This document shows, one piece after another, positions 55,881 through 64,000 of a stretch of 64,000 nt of DNA. Source of the stretch: Jiangellaceae bacterium (GTDB lineage: Bacteria; Actinomycetota; Actinomycetes; Jiangellales; Jiangellaceae); NCBI GenBank assembly GCA_036845485.1, contig DAIUDS010000001.1, positions 3,574 through 67,573 on the forward strand. The letters are read 5' to 3'. Made by a program: the position numbers and the translations under genes. Every line of letters begins with the position of its first letter. The stretch's first letter is position 1. Under the pieces are notes generated by a model. The model was not told the origin of the DNA. It did no database searches and worked only from the letters and a program-made list of their open reading frames with translations.

Positions 55881-56397
55881 TCTCGATATGCGGTATCCAG
55901 TTCCTAGTCTCAGGAGACGTCCGCGACTGGCGCATGCTTGCGCACCGCAGCATGGCCGACCTCGAGGCCGCAGGCGTGCGGCTGCTCCTCAACACCACAG
56001 CGAACGACGTCGAAGTCGACGCGCGGCGGCTTTCCGTGGCCGACGGGGACGGGCGCGAGGTCGGGGCCCGATGACGAGCTCGCCATCGCTACAGGTGCCA
56101 CACCGGAAGCCATCCGATTGGCGGCGTCGACGCGCCGGGCCAGGACGACGGCGTATTCCTCCTGCACACGATGATCTACTCCTGGCGGTACCCGGAGAGC
56201 ATCCACCGCTCGGTGATGATCGGCGTCAACCCGTCCGGGCCCTTCGTGCGGGATCCGGAAACGACGGACGAACAGATCCAGCACTACGCAGACCCCTGCT
56301 CCAAGGATGCCGGTTGCCGCAACCGGACCGACGACCGAGCGCACCTGCGGATGATTTGATGCGCCGGACGTGTGGCCCGCGCCTCCAGCGGCGGTGA

Positions 56398-56592
56398 TCA
56401 GCCGGTGCGGGCCGCCTTGAACAGCCGGAGAACCTCCTCAAGGACGAGGTCAGGCTCGTTCACCGGTAGGTCCCGTCCGCCGGTCACGACGACTTGGCGG
56501 GCCTGCGGGCTCAGCACCAGCCAGCCCTTCTGACCCTGCACGTTGGTGCGCTGCTCCTCAGTGCTGTAGTAGTCGTTGGAGATCACCGTCAT
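56398..56592 (-). pseudogene. alpha/beta hydrolase C-terminal fragment
   Basis: ...WLVLSPQARQVVVTGGRDLPVNEPDLVLEEVLRLFKAA resembles the His-loop end of an alpha/beta hydrolase. No upstream domain is present. Confidence 0.4.
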
Positions 56593-56925
56593 CGGGATAT
56601 CACCGATCTGGTGCCGGTGGTCCCAGCCTCGTACTCAACCGTGACGTCGTCACGCCGCTCCTGGTTTGAAGACCGTCGGCGACGTCTTCCCGTTGCTGAT
56701 CAAGGCCGATGCGGCCTGCGCGGCCGACGGCACCTGGCCGATCACCTCCGACCACCCATGGGCCGGCCCGGTGTCCGAGCGCGCGCCACCACCGCTGAAG
56801 CCGACTGCACGCGCCCCCGAACATCATCGCCGCAGGATGAGTCAGCGACTCCCCCTACGCGGGCATCTTCGATGAGTCAACGCGACACTTTGACGGCTCC
56901 AGGGTCCGTGCCTACGCTCCCCTGA

Positions 56926-59241
56926 GTGGCGCGATCCACCGCTTCGCCTCGTGCGGAGGGCCTCCCACGTGAACTCACGAGCTTCGTGGGGCGCCGGCGA
57001 GAGCTCCGTGAGGTCAAGGCGGCATTGTCGTCCACGCCCCTGCTCACACTTGTCGGCCCAGCCGGCGTAGGCAAGACTCGCCTCGCTCTTCGGGCGGCGG
57101 CCGATCTCAGACGGGCATTCCCCGACGGCGTGTGCGTGGCTGAGCTCGGCGACCTGCGTGATCCCGCCCTCCTCGCTGAGACGGTGGCCAGCGCCCTGGG
57201 GCTTCGGGATGTGTCCACGCGGTGGCTGGTGGGCACGTTGGCGGACTTCCTGGCGACTAAGCGCCTGTTCCTGATCCTCGACAACTGCGAGCACCTCCTC
57301 GATGCCTGTGCGGTGCTTGCCGATGCGCTTCTGCGGATATGCCCTGGGCTGAAGATCCTTTCCACCAGCCGGGAAGCCCTGGGTATCGGCGGAGAGACCG
57401 TCATGCAGGTGCCACCCTTGCCACTTCCTGAGGACGATCGATTCCCTCCGGCGGAAGCGCTCCTCAAGTACGACGCCGTGTGCCTGTTCATCGAGCGAGC
57501 CCGCGCCGCCTGGTCGCAGTTCGAACTCACCCCGTCGAACAGCGCAGACGTGTGCACACTGTGCCGTCGTCTGGACGGCCTGCCTCTGGCGCTCGAGCTG
57601 GCCGCAGTTCGGCTGCGGGCCTTCACCGTCGGTCAGATCCTGGAGCAGATGGATCGGCGGTTCCGGCTCCTCTCGTCCGGTAGCCGTGCGGGGTGTGCGC
57701 GTCATCAAAGCCTGAGGGCGGCGATCGATTGGAGCTTCGGCTTGCTGTCGATCGAGGAACAAGTCGCGTGGCGGCGACTGTCGATCTTCGCCGGCAGCTT
57801 CGATCTTGAGGCCGCTGAAGCGATCTGCGGCGGCGACGGCCTACCCGTTGGGGCGGCGGATCTGGTGGCCAGTCTGGTCGACAAGTCCATCCTGAAGAGG
57901 GAGCTACACGGGCCGACTTCGCGGTACCGGATGCTGGAGACGATCCGGGAATACGGCCGGGAGCGCCTGCGCGAATCGGGCGAGGAGGCCCGCATCAGCA
58001 GCCAGCACCGAGGCTGGTACGCCGATCTGGCGGCAGGAGTGTTCGAGCACAGCTGGGGTCCGCGTCAGGTGGAATGGTGGGACCGGGCGCATCTCGAGCT
58101 CAGCAACCTGCGAGAAGCGATCCGTCTCTGCCTGGCCGAGCCCGGCGAGGCGGAACAGGGCCTCACGATGGCGGCGAACCTCGTCTACTACTGGTTGACG
58201 AGAGGAAACATCAGGGAGGGCCGCCGCTTGTTGGATGCGCTTCTCCAAGCAAGCCCACGGCCCACGAGGGCGCGAGCGATGGCTCTCGGGATCGACGGAT
58301 GGCTGGCGCAGCTGGAGGGAGACGTCGGCGGGGGGATGGAACTCTTCGTGGAGTGCGAGCGGGCGGCGGCCGATCTCGGCGACGAGGCGACCTCGAGCTT
58401 GGCCTCGGTTGCGCTGGGCGGGGCCCTCTTAGGGACGGGGGAGCTTGACCGGGCCGAACAACTGCTCGGGCGATGCCTCGAGCTTCAGAAGGGGTTGCCC
58501 GACCGGCGGTGGGCTGTGAACGCGCTAGGTGCGCTGGGGGCCGTCTGGTCACTGCGGGGTGACCACGTCCGAGCGTTCGATGTGTTCGGGCGGGCTATCG
58601 ATCTGTGTCGCGAGGCCGGTGATCGGTACTTCCTGACCTGGATGTTGGAGGGCCAGGGCCTGGAGGCCTGGCACATGGGCGACCGGGATCGCGCCGACAG
58701 CGTCTTGGCCGAGACGCTTCGTCTCAGCCACGCCGTCGACAACAAGGTTGGTATGGCTCTCGCGATCGAGGGCTTTGCTTGGATCGGCGCCTCGACGGGT
58801 CGAGCAGAGCGGGCTGCGCGACTCCTCGGGGGTGTACAAACCCTGTGGGAGGGGATCCCGGCCACCCTCAACCCGCATGTTGGCTCGTATCACGACTCCT
58901 GCGTCGCCGACGCCCGGTCGGCCCTCGGGGACCGCGAGTTCGACCGCGTCTACCGGGACGGAACGGGGATGAGTGCCGAAGAGCTGATCTCACTGGCCCT
59001 GGAGGAGAAGAGGCCTGCCGTTCCCAGCTCGGCGGAGAAGCGTTCCTCGGCGGCGCTCACTCCCCGCGAGGGCGAGATCGCCGCCCTGGTCGCCAAGGGC
59101 CTCAGCAACAGGAACATCGCCTCCAAGCTCGTCATCTCGCAACGAACCGCCGAGACCCACGTCGAACACATCCTCACGAAGCTTGGCTTCACTTCCCGAG
59201 CACAGATCGCTGCCTGGGTTGTCGAGGAGAAATCCGAATAG
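56926..59241 (+). CDS. large ATPase-TPR-LuxR transcriptional regulator (NB-ARC/AAA N-terminus, C-terminal LuxR HTH)
   Basis: FVGRRRELREVK...LVGPAGVGKTRLAL (P-loop), LILDNCEH (Walker B), TPR-like middle. The C-terminus has LTPREGEIAALVAKGLSNRNIASKLVISQRTAETHVEHIL. Confidence 0.85.
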   Translation: MARSTASPRAEGLPRELTSFVGRRRELREVKAALSSTPLLTLVGPAGVGKTRLALRAAADLRRAFPDGVCVAELGDLRDPALLAETVASALGLRDVSTRWLVGTLADFLATKRLFLILDNCEHLLDACAVLADALLRICPGLKILSTSREALGIGGETVMQVPPLPLPEDDRFPPAEALLKYDAVCLFIERARAAWSQFELTPSNSADVCTLCRRLDGLPLALELAAVRLRAFTVGQILEQMDRRFRLLSSGSRAGCARHQSLRAAIDWSFGLLSIEEQVAWRRLSIFAGSFDLEAAEAICGGDGLPVGAADLVASLVDKSILKRELHGPTSRYRMLETIREYGRERLRESGEEARISSQHRGWYADLAAGVFEHSWGPRQVEWWDRAHLELSNLREAIRLCLAEPGEAEQGLTMAANLVYYWLTRGNIREGRRLLDALLQASPRPTRARAMALGIDGWLAQLEGDVGGGMELFVECERAAADLGDEATSSLASVALGGALLGTGELDRAEQLLGRCLELQKGLPDRRWAVNALGALGAVWSLRGDHVRAFDVFGRAIDLCREAGDRYFLTWMLEGQGLEAWHMGDRDRADSVLAETLRLSHAVDNKVGMALAIEGFAWIGASTGRAERAARLLGGVQTLWEGIPATLNPHVGSYHDSCVADARSALGDREFDRVYRDGTGMSAEELISLALEEKRPAVPSSAEKRSSAALTPREGEIAALVAKGLSNRNIASKLVISQRTAETHVEHILTKLGFTSRAQIAAWVVEEKSE

Positions 59242-59348
59242 GCTCGTCCGCTCGGGCCGACAAATGCCGCAGCGAGGCGCTCCTGCCGGTTATGTCGGAG
59301 CGCGCCGCAACGGAGGCCTTCGAGGTCCGAACGCGGCTCCCACACCGT

Positions 59349-59630
59349 TCACAGGGGGCCGCGACCCGGCTCCTCAAAATTGACCGCTTCATCGATGCTC
59401 TCGAACGGGACCTGAGCCACCTCGTTGACCCGTCTGACGAGATCCCTGCTGGTGGCCTCGAACACGCACAGGCACCGGGCCCGTGCCGGGGCGAACGTGC
59501 TTCGCAGATACCGGACCCAGTCCTCGCCTACGGAGAGCCTTCGGGCGCTTTCCGCCAGTGCCCGATGGGCGGCGGCCAGATGCTCGAGGCTCAGCCCCGG
59601 CAGGCTGCGTTGCACGATGAAGATGGCCAC
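59349..59630 (-). CDS. DUF4242 domain protein
   Basis: MAIFIVQRSLPGLSLEHLAAAHRALAE...VRYLRSTF..ARCLCVFEA pattern. 93 aa. Confidence 0.6.
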   Translation of the reverse strand: MAIFIVQRSLPGLSLEHLAAAHRALAESARRLSVGEDWVRYLRSTFAPARARCLCVFEATSRDLVRRVNEVAQVPFESIDEAVNFEEPGRGPL

Positions 59631-59880
59631 AGGTGTGCTCCCTTCTCCTCTACCAAGGCCCGGTCCGAGATCGCCTCATCGTCGCCGCCGGCCGGTGAAA
59701 GCGCATCGGGAGGAACCCGTAGAGGGCTGCGTATCTGTTCCGGCGGTTCAAGTCCGAGAAATACGTGTGGCCCTACGTACTTGTCCCGACGCGTCGAGGG
59801 GTGGCATGCCCAAGGATCGCGTCAACGGCAGGAAGGGGCCGACGTCGAGGCCTCGATAGGGCGCGTCCAAGCGTCGAGGC

Positions 59881-60696
59881 ATGGAATCGACCAGCGAAGG
59901 AGTGATCCAGATGGACGCCTCGGTTCGCGACCAAGAAGTTGATCGGTATGAAACCGTAAGGCAGTACTCCCTCGCCCAGATCCTTGCGGTGTGGGCGGCG
60001 GCGGCCGTCCCGATGGGCGTCCTGGCCTGGCTCGTCGCTCCCTGGCTCGGGGATCAACTCGGGGGCCGTGACCCGTTCATCGAAGCGCTCTTGATCTGCT
60101 TCAACGTCGGGCTCATCTGGCAACTCGTCTTGGTCCTGATCCTCATCAGGCGCGAGCAGGGCGGACTCGAATGGTCGCGCGTGCGCGACGCCCTCTGGCT
60201 GCGGCCGCCCCGGGATCCGAAGACCCGACGGGTGGGCGGAAGGGTCTGGTGGTGGGTGCTTCCCTTCGTCGTCCTCTCTGCCGCCGTGAATGCGGTACCG
60301 GCACCGATCAATCCAGCAGGGCCCCTGCCCAGGGATCTCCCCCGCGCCATCGAGACCGACCGTGTCGAGCACTTCTTCAGTAGCAACTGGGGCGGGTTCG
60401 CGCTGCTCGTGGCGGTTGCCCTCTTGGCCCCTGTGGTCGAGGAACTGGTCTTCCGCGGGCTGCTGCTGCCGCGCATGCGAGCTGTCTTCGGACGGGGCGA
60501 CTTCGTCGCGAGCGGGACACTCTTCGCCGTCTACCACGTGCACCAGCCGTGGACCATCCCGGCCAGCCTGATCGACGGCATCGTCAATCAGGCCTATCCC
60601 ACGCGGCGGTTCCAAAGCACGTGGATGGGGCTCATCACGCACACGGTTCCGAGCTTCCTCATCATCGGTGTCGTCCTCAGCCTCGTGCTCAAGTAG
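59881..60696 (+). CDS. CPBP family intramembrane glutamic endopeptidase (CAAX/Abi-type)
   Basis: APVVEELVFRGLLLPRM (EExxxR) and FAVYHV motifs. Multiple TM helices. Confidence 0.8.
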   Translation: MESTSEGVIQMDASVRDQEVDRYETVRQYSLAQILAVWAAAAVPMGVLAWLVAPWLGDQLGGRDPFIEALLICFNVGLIWQLVLVLILIRREQGGLEWSRVRDALWLRPPRDPKTRRVGGRVWWWVLPFVVLSAAVNAVPAPINPAGPLPRDLPRAIETDRVEHFFSSNWGGFALLVAVALLAPVVEELVFRGLLLPRMRAVFGRGDFVASGTLFAVYHVHQPWTIPASLIDGIVNQAYPTRRFQSTWMGLITHTVPSFLIIGVVLSLVLK

Positions 60697-61302
60697 TGCG
60701 GGTCGAGACCGAGCGCCGGAAACCGGCGCATCTGCAGGCACGCAGGGCAAGTTCCCGAACGGTAACACCACCATCGAAACCCTCGCGCGCACGAACCTGC
60801 GTCCGCTGCTGTCGGGCGGCATCTTCCTCGCCGACCCGGCCAGTCGCTGGCAGCGCGGAAGCAACGAGAACACTGTGAGTATCTGAGCGGCCGGGTGAGG
60901 GCGTTCGCCAGGCTGGGGCCGGCAACGCGAGGTGACTCTCGAGAACCGCGCCGATGAGGTGGAACCAGCCGGTGCCCAATGCCGGCCCCCACTCCTCGCC
61001 GATGCCGTATTGCCGGTAGGTCACGCGTGCGCCCAGCGCCGCGGACGACGGTACGGGTTCGCCTGCCCTTCGTCGACATGCCACACCTGCGCCTGCAGCG
61101 GGCCGGTGGTCCCTGCGGTGGTCGTGGACGGTTGCTCCTCAACGGTCGCGCCTCTGGTTGCCGCCCACGACTCGTCGACATCGGCGGTCCACGCACTCGT
61201 TCACATCATCCAGGTGGGCCAGCGGCTCCCGGACGGCGACCGCGTACGCCTTTTCGGCAGCGAAGGTCCTGGGCGTTGCGCTATCATGTGATATCGGAGG
61301 TG

Positions 61303-61530
61303 ATGAGCATGCCAGACCTACTCATTCGGAACTTCCCCGCCGACGACCTCGAGCGCTTGGACGCTCGCGCTGCCGCCCTCGGACTGTCACGCAGCGAATA
61401 CCTTCGTCGTCGGCTGAGACAGGATGCCCGAAGCAGCTCTGGGCCGGTCAGCGTGACCGACCTGCAGCGTTTCGCCGCCACATTCTCTGACCTGGCCGAC
61501 GACGCCATCATGTCCCAGGCATGGCGGTGA
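61303..61530 (+). CDS. vapB: ribbon-helix-helix antitoxin (VapB/FitA-like)
   Basis: [41 protein letters not shown] lies upstream. 10-nt overlap with the PIN gene. Confidence 0.75.
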   Translation: MSMPDLLIRNFPADDLERLDARAAALGLSRSEYLRRRLRQDARSSSGPVSVTDLQRFAATFSDLADDAIMSQAWR

Positions 61531-61961
61531 CATCCGATGCCGGCACCACCTCGTGGCTGATCGACAAGTCGGCCCTGGTGCGACTGGCCACCAGCCCAGA
61601 TGCTGACCAGTGGGCCAACCGAATCGACCGGAGCCTGGTCCGGATCACGACTCTGACACTGCTCGAAGTCGGTTACTCGGCACGCTCGGCTGCCGATCTG
61701 CGGACTGGGTTGAGATCACCGCCTCTCGGCTCCATGCCGGTCGAGTACGCGACGCCTGCGATCGAAGATCGAGCCATCGAGGTGCAGGCACTACTGGCAG
61801 ACCACGGCCAGCACCGCGCGCCATCCATCCCGGATCTGCTGATCGCGGCCACCGCAGAACTCAACGGGATGGTCGTTCTTCATGTCGACAAGGACTTCGA
61901 CCTGATCGCGAAAATCACCGGCCAACCACTCGAGGCTCTCGAGGTGCCCGCCACCCCGTAA
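61521..61961 (+). CDS. vapC: PIN-domain toxin (VapC family ribonuclease)
   Basis: WLIDKSA (Asp1), LLEVGYSA (Glu), [10 protein letters not shown] (Asp), VLHVDKDFD (Asp). 146 aa. Confidence 0.85.
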   Translation: MAVTSDAGTTSWLIDKSALVRLATSPDADQWANRIDRSLVRITTLTLLEVGYSARSAADLRTGLRSPPLGSMPVEYATPAIEDRAIEVQALLADHGQHRAPSIPDLLIAATAELNGMVVLHVDKDFDLIAKITGQPLEALEVPATP

Positions 61962-61994
61962 CAGCCGTGAACAGATCCGCCTGGCTGGGCGTTG

Positions 61995-62135
61995 TCAGAC
62001 TAGAACCGCGGCGTAGCGGAAGCCGGTATTGGCGGTGGAGCTGTCCGCTGTGTTGCCGGTGCAGGCGGCGACCCGGTAGCGGTTGCAGTACGACTCGTGG
62101 CACGGGTAATTGCCGCCGCGGATCACGCGCGAGGG
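61995..62135 (-). pseudogene. formylglycine-generating-enzyme (SUMF1/FGE-sulfatase) C-terminal fragment
   Basis: [42 protein letters not shown] matches only the last ~45 aa of the FGE fold. Confidence 0.5.
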
Positions 62136-62635
62136 CCTTCCTTCCACGCCGTCATGGCAGGGGCAACGGTGTCGTCCGGGGGCAGCCGCCGTGCTCGGTG
62201 TCGTGTACCGGCGACGGCACGTGCTCGTGCGCCGGGCCCGAACGCCGTGGTCAGTCACGCAGTCCGTCACCGCGCTGGTCGTGATCGTTGTAGTGATTGC
62301 ACTCGGCACGGTCCTGACCTTCGTCTCGCCGGTCGACCGGAACGCGCTGTTCCTATTCTTCGGGCTGTCCATGCTGCTCGCGGCCGCCCGCGAGTACGAC
62401 GGCTGCGAGATCCTCGCACTACCCAACTTCGTCCTGCGCCGCGACGACGCCATCTGGTGCCCGCTCTACACACCCATCGACGGCTCGCCCGGCTCGCCGA
62501 CCCGAACCACGGAAGACCCGCGAGTAGTAGTGATGGATCGTGTCCGCGCACGGGTGGCGCTACACCGAACGAAGTCAAACTGGCTGAGGAACAGGCCGCG
62601 GCGGACTAACGTCCCTGGCAGGATCCGCCGGGTGA

Positions 62636-63595
62636 TTGGGTGGTTTCATGGGATCCGAATCGGTGGCCGTGGAACCTCTGGTGAGTGGTCATCTCGACGT
62701 CGGCGATGGTCATCGTTTGTACTGGGAAACGGTCGGAAACCCTGGCGGGGCCCCTGCCCTTTACTTGCATGGTGGACCGGGCAGCGGGTGCACGACGAGG
62801 GCTCGTCAGTACTTCGGTCCGGAATTCCATGGAGTCCTGTTCGACCAGCGCGGATGTGGTCGCAGCCAGCCTCTGGCTGACTCACCCTCCTACGACCTGA
62901 CGGTGAACACTACCCAGCATCAGATCGTCGACATTGAGGCGCTGCGCGAGCATTTGGGCATCGACCGCTGGATCGTCATGGGCATGTCCTGGGGAGTGAC
63001 CCTGGCACTGGCGTATGCCGAGACATATCCAGATCGAGTGTCTGCGATGGTGTTGGGTGCGGTGACTGCCGGCACCAGGCGCGAGATTGAGTGGATCACG
63101 CGGGACATGGGCCGGGTGTTCCCCGAGGAGTTCGCCCGCTTCGTCGACGTGCTGCCGCCGGATGCGCGCGCAGGCAATCTCGCGGCCGGCTATGCCGCGC
63201 TGATGGCCGGCACAGATCAGCAGGAGCGGGCTCGGGCGGCTCGCGCGTGGTGCCGGTGGGAGGACACACATGTGTCGCTCGCGCCTGGGTGGACGCCCTC
63301 GTCGCGGTACGAGGATCCCACCTTCGCCGCAGTGTTCACCCGCCTCGTCACTCATTACTGGTCCCACGCCTGCTTTCTCGAGGAGGGGCAACTCATGACC
63401 GGTCTGCCGCGGATCGCTGGCATCCCCGCGACCCTGATTCACGGCCGCTACGACGTCTCAGGCCCTCTAGACACCGCATGGCACCTGCACCAAGCCTGGC
63501 CAGGAAGTGCACTGCGTGTCCTCGGCGACGCCGGCCACGGGGGCGGCAGCTTCACCGACGAGATGCGCAACGCCCTGGCAGCGACTCGCCCCTGA
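62636..63595 (+). CDS. pip: prolyl aminopeptidase (proline iminopeptidase, S33)
   Basis: LYWETVGNPGG.PALYLHGGPGSG, nucleophile GMSWGVTLALAY, and HGRYDV...GHG at the C-terminus. Confidence 0.9.
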   Translation: MGGFMGSESVAVEPLVSGHLDVGDGHRLYWETVGNPGGAPALYLHGGPGSGCTTRARQYFGPEFHGVLFDQRGCGRSQPLADSPSYDLTVNTTQHQIVDIEALREHLGIDRWIVMGMSWGVTLALAYAETYPDRVSAMVLGAVTAGTRREIEWITRDMGRVFPEEFARFVDVLPPDARAGNLAAGYAALMAGTDQQERARAARAWCRWEDTHVSLAPGWTPSSRYEDPTFAAVFTRLVTHYWSHACFLEEGQLMTGLPRIAGIPATLIHGRYDVSGPLDTAWHLHQAWPGSALRVLGDAGHGGGSFTDEMRNALAATRP

Positions 63596-64000
63596 CGGAA
63601 CCGACTACAACGGCAGCAAAGCGGTCGGGGCGACGCTGCCGATCGACGAGGTCCACCGGCCATGCAACGCACTCCAGCCTGGCCGGACCGCGCCATCGGC
63701 GGCTAGATCCGGTTGGCCGCTCCGCTCTTCCTGTCGGCGGCATTTGCGGATGCCCCGGGCGCTCTCATCGAACGTCAGATCACCGGCGACGCCGAGGTCA
63801 GCTGGTCGCGACACCCGATCACTTCCCGTAACGCCTCGTCCGCCAGGCAACCGTGCTCCCCAGTCTCCAGACGTCGTTTAGGGCCCGGCGGCAAGCTCAA
63901 GTCACGACGGGTCGTACCGCCTGACAAGGACGATGGCTGGCGCGGCGACTCGCTGTAACTGGCGCGCACGTCGAGGCGACCACGGGTCGATGCGGACCAC

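Noticed and set aside
63600-64000. Possible gene or transposase fragment on the minus strand at the window end
   Set aside because: Short ORFs occur in all three frames, none has a recognisable motif, and the region is truncated by the window edge. Support is insufficient to call anything.

Overview
This is a high-GC (about 70%), densely coding chromosomal window that looks like Actinomycetota. Supporting markers are an F420-type LLM oxidoreductase, a mycothiol/DinB-type TIGR03086 protein, and, from memory, gene order like M. tuberculosis Rv1074c-Rv1079. Contents fall into five groups. (1) Housekeeping and sulfur metabolism: ilvA, an ASCH-fused metB-like gene, cbs, msrA, a thiolase, ggt, and S9, M28 and proline iminopeptidases. 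(2) A complete selenocysteine-decoding locus: selD, then divergent tRNA-Sec(UCA)-selA-selB. (3) About 1.1 kb downstream of selB, an AhpE/Bcp-like peroxiredoxin gene that the ORF track splits. It carries an in-frame TGA exactly at the peroxidatic-Cys position, followed by a SECIS-like hairpin. I read it as a selenocysteine peroxiredoxin, start-stop coupled to the end of a hisD-like/SDR/cyclase operon. (4) A roughly 14 kb catabolic island containing a FadR-type GntR regulator: Zn-ADH, enoyl-CoA hydratase, a NitT/TauT-type ABC importer, aldehyde dehydrogenase, ACMSD-type amidohydrolase, FAD monooxygenase and cupin. Shared AT-rich boxes sit in its three promoter or intergenic gaps. (5) Localized gene decay: a frameshifted MocR/YczE divergent pair, an aldo-keto reductase stub, a truncated CDF transporter, IS256, IS481-like and rve fragments, and TetR, hydrolase and FGE fragments. 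Two diverged 160-bp direct repeats, each containing a tRNA 3'-half, bracket a 3.8 kb islet. The window also holds an orphan STAS/RsbW/GAF-PP2C partner-switching operon, a vapBC pair and a large ATPase-TPR-LuxR regulator. Many long track ORFs are antisense shadow ORFs typical of high-GC DNA and were not called. All family assignments come from motif recognition by eye, with no database search.
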